Shown piece by piece: positions 11,404 through 19,862 of a stretch of 64,000 nucleotides of DNA. Where the stretch lies: NCBI GenBank assembly GCA_041665405.1, contig JBAYIZ010000003.1, forward strand, positions 2,589 through 66,588, read 5' to 3'. Each line of letters starts with the position of its first letter. Positions within the stretch are counted from its first letter, which is position 1. This DNA is from Candidatus Magasanikiibacteriota bacterium (lineage in GTDB: Bacteria; Patescibacteriota; Patescibacteriia; Magasanikbacterales; GWA2-37-8). The notes beneath the pieces are model-generated. The model made no database searches and was not told the DNA's origin. It saw nothing but the letters and a program-made list of their open reading frames with translations. The position numbers were made by a program, and so were the translations under genes.

Positions 11404-12620
11404 AAAATAATTGGCCAACAAAAAAACTTGGCGAAGTATGTGAATTTTTGAATGGATTATGGACTGGCAAAGAACCACCTTATATCAAAGTTGGTGTGAT
11501 TAGAAATACTAATTTTACAAAAGATGGGACACTAGACGATTCTAATATTGCTTACCTAAATGTTGAAAAAAAACAATTTGAAAAAAGAAAATTAATTTGC
11601 GGTGATGTCATCCTTGAAAAATCTGGCGGTGGACCAAAGCAACCTGTTGGGCGAGTTATAATATTTAATAAGGACAAAGGCAGTTTTTCATTTAGCAATT
11701 TTACTTCGGTAATAAGAATAAAGGATCCTAAAGAATTGAATTTTAATTTTCTCCATCGGTTTTTATTTTTTTCTTATATTTCAGGCATCACCGAAAAAAT
11801 GCAAAGTCATTCAACGGGAATTAGAAATCTTGATTCGAAATTATATAAAAATATCGATATACCTCTTCCATCACTCCATGAACAACACCACATCGTAAAA
11901 ATTTTAGATGAGGTTTTTGCGAAGGTGGCGAAGGCGAAAGAAGATGTTGAAAAAAATTTACAAAATTCCAAAGCACTTTTTGAATCATATTTACAGAGTG
12001 TTTTTACTAATCCAAGAAAGGATTGGGATGAGAAAAAATTAGGAGAAGTTTGCAATTTTGTAAGAGGACCATTTGGGGGGAGCTTAAGAAAAAGTATTTT
12101 TAAAAAAGAGGGTTACGTAGTTTATGAACAACAACATGCCATATATAATCAATTTTCAAAGGTAAGATATTTTATTGACGAAAATAAATTTAATGAAATG
12201 AAAAGATTTGAATTAAGGTCAGGTGATTTGATTATGAGTTGCTCTGGAACTATGGGTAAAATAGCAATTGCACCAGTGGGCATTAAAAAAGGAATTATTA
12301 ATCAAGCGTTATTAAAACTTAGTCCAAACAAAGATTTGATCAATGTGTTTTTGAAAAACTGGATGGAGAGCGCTGTTTTTCAAAATGATCTTAAAAAATA
12401 CACTAAAGGAGCTGCTATAAAAAATGTAGTATCCGTAAAGATTTTGAAAGGAATTAAAATATACATACCAAAATTGGCGGAACAAAAATTAATAATTTCC
12501 AAACTCGACGCCCTTTCCGCCGAGACCAAAAAACTAGAAGCAATTTATAATCAAAAATTAGCAAATTTAGAAGAATTAAAAAAGTCCGTATTAAAAAAGG
12601 CATTCGCAGGGGAGTTGTAA
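11400..12620 (+). CDS. hsdS: type I R-M specificity subunit
   Basis: Two W..KKLGEVC conserved repeats, two TRDs, P...EQ helices, ends LKKAFAGEL. Confidence 0.95.
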   Translation: MKNNWPTKKLGEVCEFLNGLWTGKEPPYIKVGVIRNTNFTKDGTLDDSNIAYLNVEKKQFEKRKLICGDVILEKSGGGPKQPVGRVIIFNKDKGSFSFSNFTSVIRIKDPKELNFNFLHRFLFFSYISGITEKMQSHSTGIRNLDSKLYKNIDIPLPSLHEQHHIVKILDEVFAKVAKAKEDVEKNLQNSKALFESYLQSVFTNPRKDWDEKKLGEVCNFVRGPFGGSLRKSIFKKEGYVVYEQQHAIYNQFSKVRYFIDENKFNEMKRFELRSGDLIMSCSGTMGKIAIAPVGIKKGIINQALLKLSPNKDLINVFLKNWMESAVFQNDLKKYTKGAAIKNVVSVKILKGIKIYIPKLAEQKLIISKLDALSAETKKLEAIYNQKLANLEELKKSVLKKAFAGEL

Positions 12621-12648
12621 TAAACAGCATATTTGATATAATACGACT

Positions 12649-13668
12649 ATGAAGTTTACTCGCACAAAAAAGGTGTTATTTACGAACAATAAAGGCGGAG
12701 TTGGCAAAACCACGCTGGCTTTTAATTGTGCCATGTCCTTTGCCAAACAAGGGTATAAAACTGTATTGGTTGATCTTGATCCTCAATGCAATCTTTCCCG
12801 ATTATCTTTAGGCGACAATCGATATGAAAAGACACTATTTTCATCACAGGAAAAAGATATTTATGATGTGTTGAAAGGCGTGATAGAGGGTGGGTCAGAT
12901 ATTGATTTAGGTGTGCCGTTTATTCCTGTATCCAACAGCAACAATAATCTTTTTTTAATGAAAGGTAGTGTTAATCTTTCGCTGTATGAAAATATATTAG
13001 TTACGGCCTACGGACAAGCCGCCGCTGGCCAGCAACTTGGCTATTTTCAAACTAGTGCGATTGATAGGTTCCTTCGAGAAAGAGGATTAAATGACGAGGT
13101 GGATATTTTTGTAATAGATACATCTCCTAGCTTGTCGCTACTCAATCAAATTATTTTCCTTGGTTCAGATTATTTTGTTGTTCCTATGATGCCCGATGCT
13201 TTTAGCGTGCAAGGTATTGAAAATCTTGGTAGCATATTTGAAAAATGGAAACAAAATTGGAAAGTAACCGGCAAAGCTCTTTCTGGTAATACAGAAAGTA
13301 AATTTGTGCTTTCAGGTGATGGTCTTTTTATTGGGTATATTGTGAATTCATATAATGTATATGGCAAACAGCCAATAAAAGATCACCGCCATTGGATTGA
13401 AGAAATTCCGGCTAAAGTTAAAAAATATCTTTCAGAAAAACATGGACGAAATGGGCTGGTTGAAAAAAGTTGGAAAAATCCGCTGGCTGAAATTCAGGAT
13501 TATGGTAGAATTCCTGCAAAGTGTCAAGAAATTGGGGTAGCGATATTTGATCTTGACCCAGCGTTGATTGATGAAATTCATCTTGGAACTATAGAAAACA
13601 TTGAAAAGTCAAAAGAGGAATTTGGAATATTGACGCAAAATATTTTAAAAATATTAATTGATTATTAA
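12649..13668 (+). CDS. orphan ParA/Soj-family ATPase
   Basis: NNKGGVGKTT deviant Walker A, DLDPQCN, IDTSPS; leaderless-type TGaTATAAT 6 nt upstream. Confidence 0.9.
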   Translation: MKFTRTKKVLFTNNKGGVGKTTLAFNCAMSFAKQGYKTVLVDLDPQCNLSRLSLGDNRYEKTLFSSQEKDIYDVLKGVIEGGSDIDLGVPFIPVSNSNNNLFLMKGSVNLSLYENILVTAYGQAAAGQQLGYFQTSAIDRFLRERGLNDEVDIFVIDTSPSLSLLNQIIFLGSDYFVVPMMPDAFSVQGIENLGSIFEKWKQNWKVTGKALSGNTESKFVLSGDGLFIGYIVNSYNVYGKQPIKDHRHWIEEIPAKVKKYLSEKHGRNGLVEKSWKNPLAEIQDYGRIPAKCQEIGVAIFDLDPALIDEIHLGTIENIEKSKEEFGILTQNILKILIDY

Positions 13669-13673
13669 AAATA

Positions 13674-13714
13674 GACCGTTAGCCCTTAAGTTTTTATGGA
13701 GTTAGCGGTTTTTT
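13674..13714 (+). terminator. terminator-like hairpin immediately before hsdR
   Basis: accgttagc...gttagcggt stem (G-U pairs) followed by a T-run. Confidence 0.5.
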
Positions 13715-13715
13715 A

Positions 13716-16070
13716 ATGTATATGCTTAACGAATCAGAAACACGAGCCGAATATATTGACCCGAAACTTAAAGCGAGTGGTTGGGGTGAAGTGGAGGGAT
13801 CCAAAGTCCTGCGTGAATTTCGTATTACCGACGGTAAAATTCAAGCTGGAGGAATGCGCGGTAAACCGGAAATTGCGGATTATATTTTGGTATATAAAAA
13901 TCGCAAAATTGGGGTGATTGAAGCTAAGGCGGAAAATTTAGCGGCGTCTGAGGGTGTAGGACAAGCCAAAGCGTACGCGCAAAAATTACAGATTGATTTT
14001 ACCTATGCCACCAACGGCAAAGATATTTATGAAATTTCCATGAAAAACGGACAAGAAGGAAATGTTGTAGATTTTCCAACTCCGGATGAATTGTGGGACA
14101 AAACTTTTTCTGACCAACCAGCCACAAACGAAGAATGGAAAGAAAAATTTGATGCGGTTTCGTCTGAAGGTGAAAAAGGTAAACGATATTATCAAGAGCT
14201 GGCTATCAACAATGCACTGGATGCGGTGGCACAAGAAAAGACACGAATACTAATAACTATGGCCACGGGGACAGGTAAGACTGCGGTGGCGGCTCAAATC
14301 GCTTGGAAACTATTTCAGACCCGCTGGAATTTAAAGAGAGATGGATCTCGCAGACCACGAATATTGTTTTTGGCGGATAGAAATATTTTGGCTGACCAAG
14401 CATTTGGAAATGATTTTTCAATTTTTCCAACCGATGCTATGGTGCGTATCAATCCTTTGGATATTCGAAAAAAGGGTGGTGTGCCAATGAGTGGTAGTGT
14501 TTATTTTACAATTTTTCAAACTTTTATGAGTGGAGCGGAAGGTGCTCCTTATTTTGGAGAATATCCACCAGATTTTTTTGATTTTATTATCATTGATGAG
14601 TGTCATCGTGGCGGTGCTAATGATGAAGGTAATTGGCGTGGTATTTTGGAATATTTTTCTCCTGCAGTCCAACTTGGTTTGACTGCGACACCAAAGCGAC
14701 AAGATAATGTGGATACATATAAATATTTTGGTGAACCAGTTTATGTTTATTCACTCAAAGAGGGTGTGAATGATGGCTTTTTGACTCCATTTAAAGTTAA
14801 ACGAGTCAAAACTACTCTTGATGATTATATTTACACTTCAGATGATCAAATTGTTGAAGGTGAAGTGGAAGAAGGAAAAATATATACTGAACCGGATTTT
14901 AATAAAATAATTGAGATCAAGGCCAGAGAGGCAAAAAGAGTGAGAGTGGTATTAGATGAAATAAATCAAAATGAAAAGACAATAATATTTTGCGCGACCC
15001 AGGACCACGCGGCGGCCGTGCGTGATTTGGTAAATCAAATGAAAGATAATAAGGATCCGAATTATTGTGTGAGAGTGACTGCCAATGACGGATTTCGTGG
15101 TGAACAATTTTTGCGTGAATTTCAAGATAATGAAAAAACTATACCGACTATTTTGACCACTTCACAAAAACTTTCTACTGGCGTAGACGCGCGCAATATT
15201 CGCAATATTGTTTTGATGAGACCGGTAAATTCAATGATTGAATTTAAACAAATTATCGGTCGTGGTACTCGACTTTTTGATGGTAAAGAATATTTTACGA
15301 TTTATGATTTTGTGGATGCGTACCATCACTTTGCCGATCCTGAATGGGATGGGGAACCAGCAAGTGAAACAACAGAAGATCAACCAACGGTTAAATATGA
15401 AACCACGAACAAGGATTTTGGCGGATCTATTTTGCGAGAAAAACCGACTGAAAAATATAAAAAATTAAAAATAAAATTACGTGATGGAAAAGAACGAGAA
15501 ATACAGCATATGATTTCAACTTCTTTTTGGAGTGCTGACGGCAAACCAGTTTCTGTTCAAGAATTTATGGACAATATGTTTGGTACCATGCCAGAATTTT
15601 TTAAGAGCGAAGAAGAACTCCGGAAAATTTGGTCAAACCCAACCACACGAAAAGTATTTTTAGAAAAAATTGCTGAGGCTGGTTATGGAAAAGACGAACT
15701 GGAAACATTACAAAAATTGATTGACGCTGAACAGAGTGATTTGTTTGATGTGCTTGCCTATGTATCCTTTGCTAGCAAGCCAATTAGCAGAACGGAGAGG
15801 GTTGACACTACTAAAAAAATTATTTTAAAAGGATTGGATGAAAAACAAACAGAATTTTTGCAATTTGTTTTAAATAAATATATTGATAATGGAGTAGAAG
15901 AGCTAGACGAAGAAAAATTGCCACAATTATTGAATTTAAAATATTACGCTATTGCAAATGCTGAACAGGAACTAGGCGATGTGTTTAAGATTAGAAATTT
16001 ATTTATTGATTTTCAAAAAGGTCTCTACAGTAATAAAATAAAAAATAATATTACTATTCAAAAAAATTAA
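13716..16070 (+). CDS. hsdR: type I R-M restriction subunit (EcoAI/EcoEI-like)
   Basis: NESETR, ADY...IEAK nuclease, MATGTGKT, DECHRG, LTATP, QIIGRGTR. Confidence 0.95.
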   Translation: MYMLNESETRAEYIDPKLKASGWGEVEGSKVLREFRITDGKIQAGGMRGKPEIADYILVYKNRKIGVIEAKAENLAASEGVGQAKAYAQKLQIDFTYATNGKDIYEISMKNGQEGNVVDFPTPDELWDKTFSDQPATNEEWKEKFDAVSSEGEKGKRYYQELAINNALDAVAQEKTRILITMATGTGKTAVAAQIAWKLFQTRWNLKRDGSRRPRILFLADRNILADQAFGNDFSIFPTDAMVRINPLDIRKKGGVPMSGSVYFTIFQTFMSGAEGAPYFGEYPPDFFDFIIIDECHRGGANDEGNWRGILEYFSPAVQLGLTATPKRQDNVDTYKYFGEPVYVYSLKEGVNDGFLTPFKVKRVKTTLDDYIYTSDDQIVEGEVEEGKIYTEPDFNKIIEIKAREAKRVRVVLDEINQNEKTIIFCATQDHAAAVRDLVNQMKDNKDPNYCVRVTANDGFRGEQFLREFQDNEKTIPTILTTSQKLSTGVDARNIRNIVLMRPVNSMIEFKQIIGRGTRLFDGKEYFTIYDFVDAYHHFADPEWDGEPASETTEDQPTVKYETTNKDFGGSILREKPTEKYKKLKIKLRDGKEREIQHMISTSFWSADGKPVSVQEFMDNMFGTMPEFFKSEEELRKIWSNPTTRKVFLEKIAEAGYGKDELETLQKLIDAEQSDLFDVLAYVSFASKPISRTERVDTTKKIILKGLDEKQTEFLQFVLNKYIDNGVEELDEEKLPQLLNLKYYAIANAEQELGDVFKIRNLFIDFQKGLYSNKIKNNITIQKN

Positions 16071-16074
16071 TAAT

Positions 16075-16980
16075 ATGCCATTATTTAAAAATACCGATTC
16101 GAAACTATCCATAATAAAAGAAAGGCCGATTGATTTAGAGAGGGATATTCAACATCTCACTGAAATTAATTTAGAAAATGTTTTTAACCTAGAATTTGTT
16201 AGTTCTGAATTTTCTTTACACAATTTCAGACTTGACACACTAGCTTTTGACAAGGAGACAGGTTCTTTTGTAATAATAGAATTTAAAAGAGATAGAAGCT
16301 TCAGTGTTATTGATCAAGGGTATGCCTATTTATCTTTAATGTTAAACAACAAGTCAGATTTTATTTTGGAATACAATGAAAAAACAAAAAAGAATTTAAG
16401 ACGTGATGATGTTGACTGGTCACAGTCCAGAGTAATGTTTGTAGCAAATTCATTTACTTCATATCAAATGAATGCAATAAATTTTAAAGATCTACCCATT
16501 GAATTGTGGGAAGTTAAAGTTTATGAAAACAATGTAATATTATTTAATCAACTCTTATCACAAGACTCTACTGAATCAATAAAAACTATCACAAAAAACA
16601 AAGCTATCGATTCAGTGAGTAACGAAGTAAAAGTCTATACATTAGAAGACCATTTGAATGTGAACGATAAAATAAAAGAATTATTTTATGCGCTAAGAGA
16701 AAAAATACTAGCGCTTAGTGATACAATCGAAGAAAGACCTAAAAAAATGTACGTTGCATACAGAGTTAGAAATACATTTGCGTATGTTCATATACAACAA
16801 TCGCAAATCAAGATCCACTTAACTATTGATATGAAAAAACTGGTTGATCCAAAGGGTTTTGTTAGGGATGTAAATAATATTGGCCATTTTGGTGGTGGTG
16901 ATTTAGAGGTGATTTTAGACAAAATGGAAAATCTAAATTATGTTTTTGATTTAATTGAACAATCTTATAAAGCATTATAA
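16075..16980 (+). CDS. NucS-like PD-(D/E)xK endonuclease fused to DUF5655-like domain
   Basis: RLDTLAFD...IIEFKR...DQGYAY; C-terminal KMYVAY...RDVNNIGHFGGGD. Confidence 0.75.
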   Translation: MPLFKNTDSKLSIIKERPIDLERDIQHLTEINLENVFNLEFVSSEFSLHNFRLDTLAFDKETGSFVIIEFKRDRSFSVIDQGYAYLSLMLNNKSDFILEYNEKTKKNLRRDDVDWSQSRVMFVANSFTSYQMNAINFKDLPIELWEVKVYENNVILFNQLLSQDSTESIKTITKNKAIDSVSNEVKVYTLEDHLNVNDKIKELFYALREKILALSDTIEERPKKMYVAYRVRNTFAYVHIQQSQIKIHLTIDMKKLVDPKGFVRDVNNIGHFGGGDLEVILDKMENLNYVFDLIEQSYKAL

Positions 16981-17034
16981 ATCAAAAAACATACAAATCA
17001 TTACAATTAGTGAACATCATAATAAAACATACTT

Positions 17035-17391
17035 ATGATAAAACTTACCCCAGAAGAGAAAAAAATTATAATAGACAAAGGGACAGAACCACCTTTTATC
17101 GGAGAATACGTCAATAACAAAGAAACCGGTGTTTATATCTGCCGACAGTGCGAAGCCCCACTATATAATTCCAAAGACAAATTTGAGTCTAATTGTGGTT
17201 GGCCGTCATTTGATGATGAGATACCTGGATCAGTAAATAAAACTTTGGACGCTGACGGTGTGCGAACGGAAATAACTTGTGCCAATTGTGGAGGTCATCT
17301 GGGGCACTTGTTCATTGGTGAAAAATTAACAGAAAAAAATAAAAGGTATTGTGTAAATTCGATATCAATGAAATTCATACCTGGAAAATGA
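17035..17391 (+). CDS. msrB: methionine-R-sulfoxide reductase
   Basis: GTEPPF, CxxC, GWPSF, HLGHLF, RYCVNS. Confidence 0.95.
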   Translation: MIKLTPEEKKIIIDKGTEPPFIGEYVNNKETGVYICRQCEAPLYNSKDKFESNCGWPSFDDEIPGSVNKTLDADGVRTEITCANCGGHLGHLFIGEKLTEKNKRYCVNSISMKFIPGK

Positions 17392-17423
17392 AGTGCAGAT
17401 TGAGGTGAAAGTAAAATAAATAT

Positions 17424-17765
17424 ATGCGCGTTTGGGATATACATCCAAAACACCTATGCCGAAAACATTTGCTTGCAGAACATCGTGAACTTCATGGGCT
17501 TTGGAATATTTTAACTATACACAAAGGAAAGGGTGGGTATTCACGGCATCCGGAAACACTTCGCTGGGTGGGAAAACAAAAAGCTCTCTATGATAGACAC
17601 GAGGCGCTGGTAAAAGAGTTTTTGGTTCGCGGATATAAACACCACACACCGCTTGATAAACGTTTAGCCAAAGGTTCAGGCAGCCAGAGTGTATTTATAA
17701 ACACTATGCGTGAGCAAAAAGTTATTTTAAAACAAAAACCGTGCGAATGTTTGCTGCATGGATGA
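17424..17765 (+). CDS. pyrimidine-dimer DNA glycosylase/endonuclease V family
   Basis: MRVWDIHPKHL...LLAEHRE...HPET...RGYKH. Confidence 0.75.
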   Translation: MRVWDIHPKHLCRKHLLAEHRELHGLWNILTIHKGKGGYSRHPETLRWVGKQKALYDRHEALVKEFLVRGYKHHTPLDKRLAKGSGSQSVFINTMREQKVILKQKPCECLLHG

Positions 17766-17797
17766 TGACATTTGTACCTGTATTTAATATGTTCACT

Positions 17798-17843
17798 TTA
17801 TCCACACACAATGTTTGATTTTTATACACTAATAGTGTATACT
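17798..17843 (+). promoter_or_regulatory. promoter with internal 19-bp palindromic operator and upstream DnaA box
   Basis: TTATCCACA 17798-17806; TTGATT-17-TATACT; perfect IR tatacacta-a-tagtgtata 17823-17841; ATG 8 nt downstream. Confidence 0.7.
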
Positions 17844-17851
17844 AAACACAT

Positions 17852-18526
17852 ATGAATAAAAACTACCAAACCGCCATAAAACAACTACGATTAGAAAAAA
17901 ATATATCGCAATCTGACATTGCGCAAAAGATGGGTATTTCGCGCACCTCATATATTTCTTTTGAACAAGGTAAGCGCGACATCAGTCTATCCGAAGCGGG
18001 TGTTTTGGCCGATATATTTGGCATCTCCTTGGAAGATCTCAAAAATGGCGTAACACCGAATAATGAAAAATACAAACAAATGATTTTGGCTTTTTTGCGT
18101 TTGGATACCAAGATCACAAAGACCAAACTTGCTAAATTATTGTATTTTGCCGATTTTGGGTGGTTTTATTCTCACCTTGAAAGTATGAGCGGCATGTCAT
18201 ACCGTAAAATGGCGTATGGTCCAGTTTCAGATGCTTATTTTAGGATAGTTGACGATTTGTTTGACAACGGTCAAATTGATATTGAGCAAACCAAAGATGG
18301 GGCAATGTTAGTTTCTCAGACGCGCAGTGGCGCAAAAATTGATTTATCTGCTCTCAATACTGAAGAAAAAAAGTTAATATCCACTATTGAAAAAAAATGG
18401 AAAGGCAAAAAAACTTCTGAGATAGTTGATTTTACCCACAAGCAATTTCCATATTTATATGCTCAAGACAACGAAATTGTGTCATATGGTTTGTTTACCC
18501 AAGAAAATCCTGACGAAATTTTCTAA
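17852..18526 (+). CDS. Xre-HTH fused to Panacea (DUF4065/SocA-like) antitoxin domain
   Basis: SQSDIAQKMGISRTSYISFEQG HTH; KLAKLLYFAD...YGPV...FTH Panacea motifs. Confidence 0.85.
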   Translation: MNKNYQTAIKQLRLEKNISQSDIAQKMGISRTSYISFEQGKRDISLSEAGVLADIFGISLEDLKNGVTPNNEKYKQMILAFLRLDTKITKTKLAKLLYFADFGWFYSHLESMSGMSYRKMAYGPVSDAYFRIVDDLFDNGQIDIEQTKDGAMLVSQTRSGAKIDLSALNTEEKKLISTIEKKWKGKKTSEIVDFTHKQFPYLYAQDNEIVSYGLFTQENPDEIF

Positions 18527-18584
18527 TTATGATATACAAAAATGATAAGATATATTTTATATAATAATTTTAATTTAATTATAT

Positions 18585-19538
18585 ATGGAGGGGAAAAACA
18601 ATCAAATTATCATATACAATACTAAGGACGGCAAGACCAAGATTGAAGTTAAGCTAAATGACGAAACTGTATGGCTCACCCAGGCGCAAATGGCTGATTT
18701 GTTTCAGAAGAGCCAATCTACAATAAATGAACATATCCAAAATGTTTATGATGAGGGTGAATTGGAAAAAGAGCTAACCTTGCGTAAATTCGGAAATTCC
18801 GAAAATAGCATAGCTAAGCCAACCAACATTTATAATCTGGATGTGATCATCTCCGTTGGCTATCGTGTTAATTCCCTTCGAGGCACCCAATTCCGCATTT
18901 GGGCAACACAAAAATTGAAAGAATACATTATAAAAGGTTTTGTATTGGACGATGAGCGATTAGAAAGCGGACAGGTAGCCAAACCATACTTTCAGGAATT
19001 AGAAGAACGCATTCGCAAGATTCGCACTTCTGAAGCAAATTTCTATCAAAAGGTAAAAGATGTTTTTGCTTTAAGCGCGGATTACAATCCGAAGGCAGAT
19101 TATGCTCAGAAATTTTTCGCAGTAGTACAAAATAAATTTCACTTTGCTATTACCGGATTAACCGCAGCCGAAATTGTTAGCAGTCGCATAGACAGTGCCA
19201 AAGAAAATTTAGGGCTGACAAATTGGAAGGGTGAAATTATTACTCGTGATCAAGCGGAAGTCGCAAAAAATTATTTACAAGAACTAGAATTAAAAAGATT
19301 AAATTTACTGGTGGAACAATTTCTTTCTTTTGCTGAATTACAAAGTGTGGAACAGCGCGTCATGTATATGAATGATTGGATTATGAAACTGGATGGATTT
19401 TTGGTTTTGAATGATAAAGAAATTTTGGAAAATTCTGGCAGTGTGTCGCGCCATGACATGGAACAAAAGGTGCGCGAGGAATTAAAGAGATATAATCAGA
19501 AGGTTTTGGAAAATAAAAAACCCAATCAATTAGATTAG
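18585..19538 (+). CDS. RhuM-family DNA-binding protein
   Basis: ETVWLTQAQMADLF, YNLDVIISVGYRVNS.RGTQFR.WA, IRTSE. Confidence 0.9.
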   Translation: MEGKNNQIIIYNTKDGKTKIEVKLNDETVWLTQAQMADLFQKSQSTINEHIQNVYDEGELEKELTLRKFGNSENSIAKPTNIYNLDVIISVGYRVNSLRGTQFRIWATQKLKEYIIKGFVLDDERLESGQVAKPYFQELEERIRKIRTSEANFYQKVKDVFALSADYNPKADYAQKFFAVVQNKFHFAITGLTAAEIVSSRIDSAKENLGLTNWKGEIITRDQAEVAKNYLQELELKRLNLLVEQFLSFAELQSVEQRVMYMNDWIMKLDGFLVLNDKEILENSGSVSRHDMEQKVREELKRYNQKVLENKKPNQLD

Positions 19539-19642
19539 GCATTTTATTGAAGTAGTGTCTTAGAAAATGGTTATCTGCGGCTTAAGTTCCAGGTACCCTG
19601 GAGGAACACCACGGCACTCTCTAAGTTATTATTACTAACTTC
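19515..19642 (-). ncRNA. predicted ~130-nt rod-like small RNA convergent with rhuM
   Basis: Minus-strand promoter, nested stems GAAGU(U)AGU/ACUACUUC, CUUAGAGAGUG/CAUUUUCUAAG and CCAGG/CCUGG, and terminator CCUAAUC/GAUUGGG-U6 overlapping the rhuM end. Confidence 0.6.
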
Positions 19643-19648
19643 ACTTAT

Positions 19649-19689
19649 AATATAGACAATAAAGTGATCATTGTCAATATTTATCCACA
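19649..19689 (-). promoter_or_regulatory. sigma70 promoter of RNA-1 plus DnaA box
   Basis: TTGACA(19677-19672)-17-TATATT(19654-19649); TTATCCACA at 19681-19689. Confidence 0.6.
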
Positions 19690-19818
19690 GACTATGTCAA
19701 CTAACCGGAATTTCCGGATAACTGAATTAACTAAAATTTTACCTTAAAATATAGCTTGTTATATTCCATAATTATAAGAATATTTTGGCTAATATATAAC
19801 TAATAAAGCCACTCTAAC

Positions 19819-19862
19819 AATTAGTATACTCATGAGGTATACTAATTACAAGTATACTAATT
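19819..19862. repeat. three copies of GTATACTAATT (one inverted) upstream of DUF2779 gene
   Basis: aattagtatac-tcatgag-gtatactaatt-acaa-gtatactaatt-ATG. Confidence 0.7.

Noticed and set aside
11400-12620. Phase-variable hsdS shufflon
   Set aside because: Only one hsdS, no silent TRDs and no adjacent invertase; the internal repeats are the normal conserved regions
13674-13714. attC-like site (contains GTTAGCG)
   Set aside because: No matching RYYYAAC left end; better explained as a terminator hairpin
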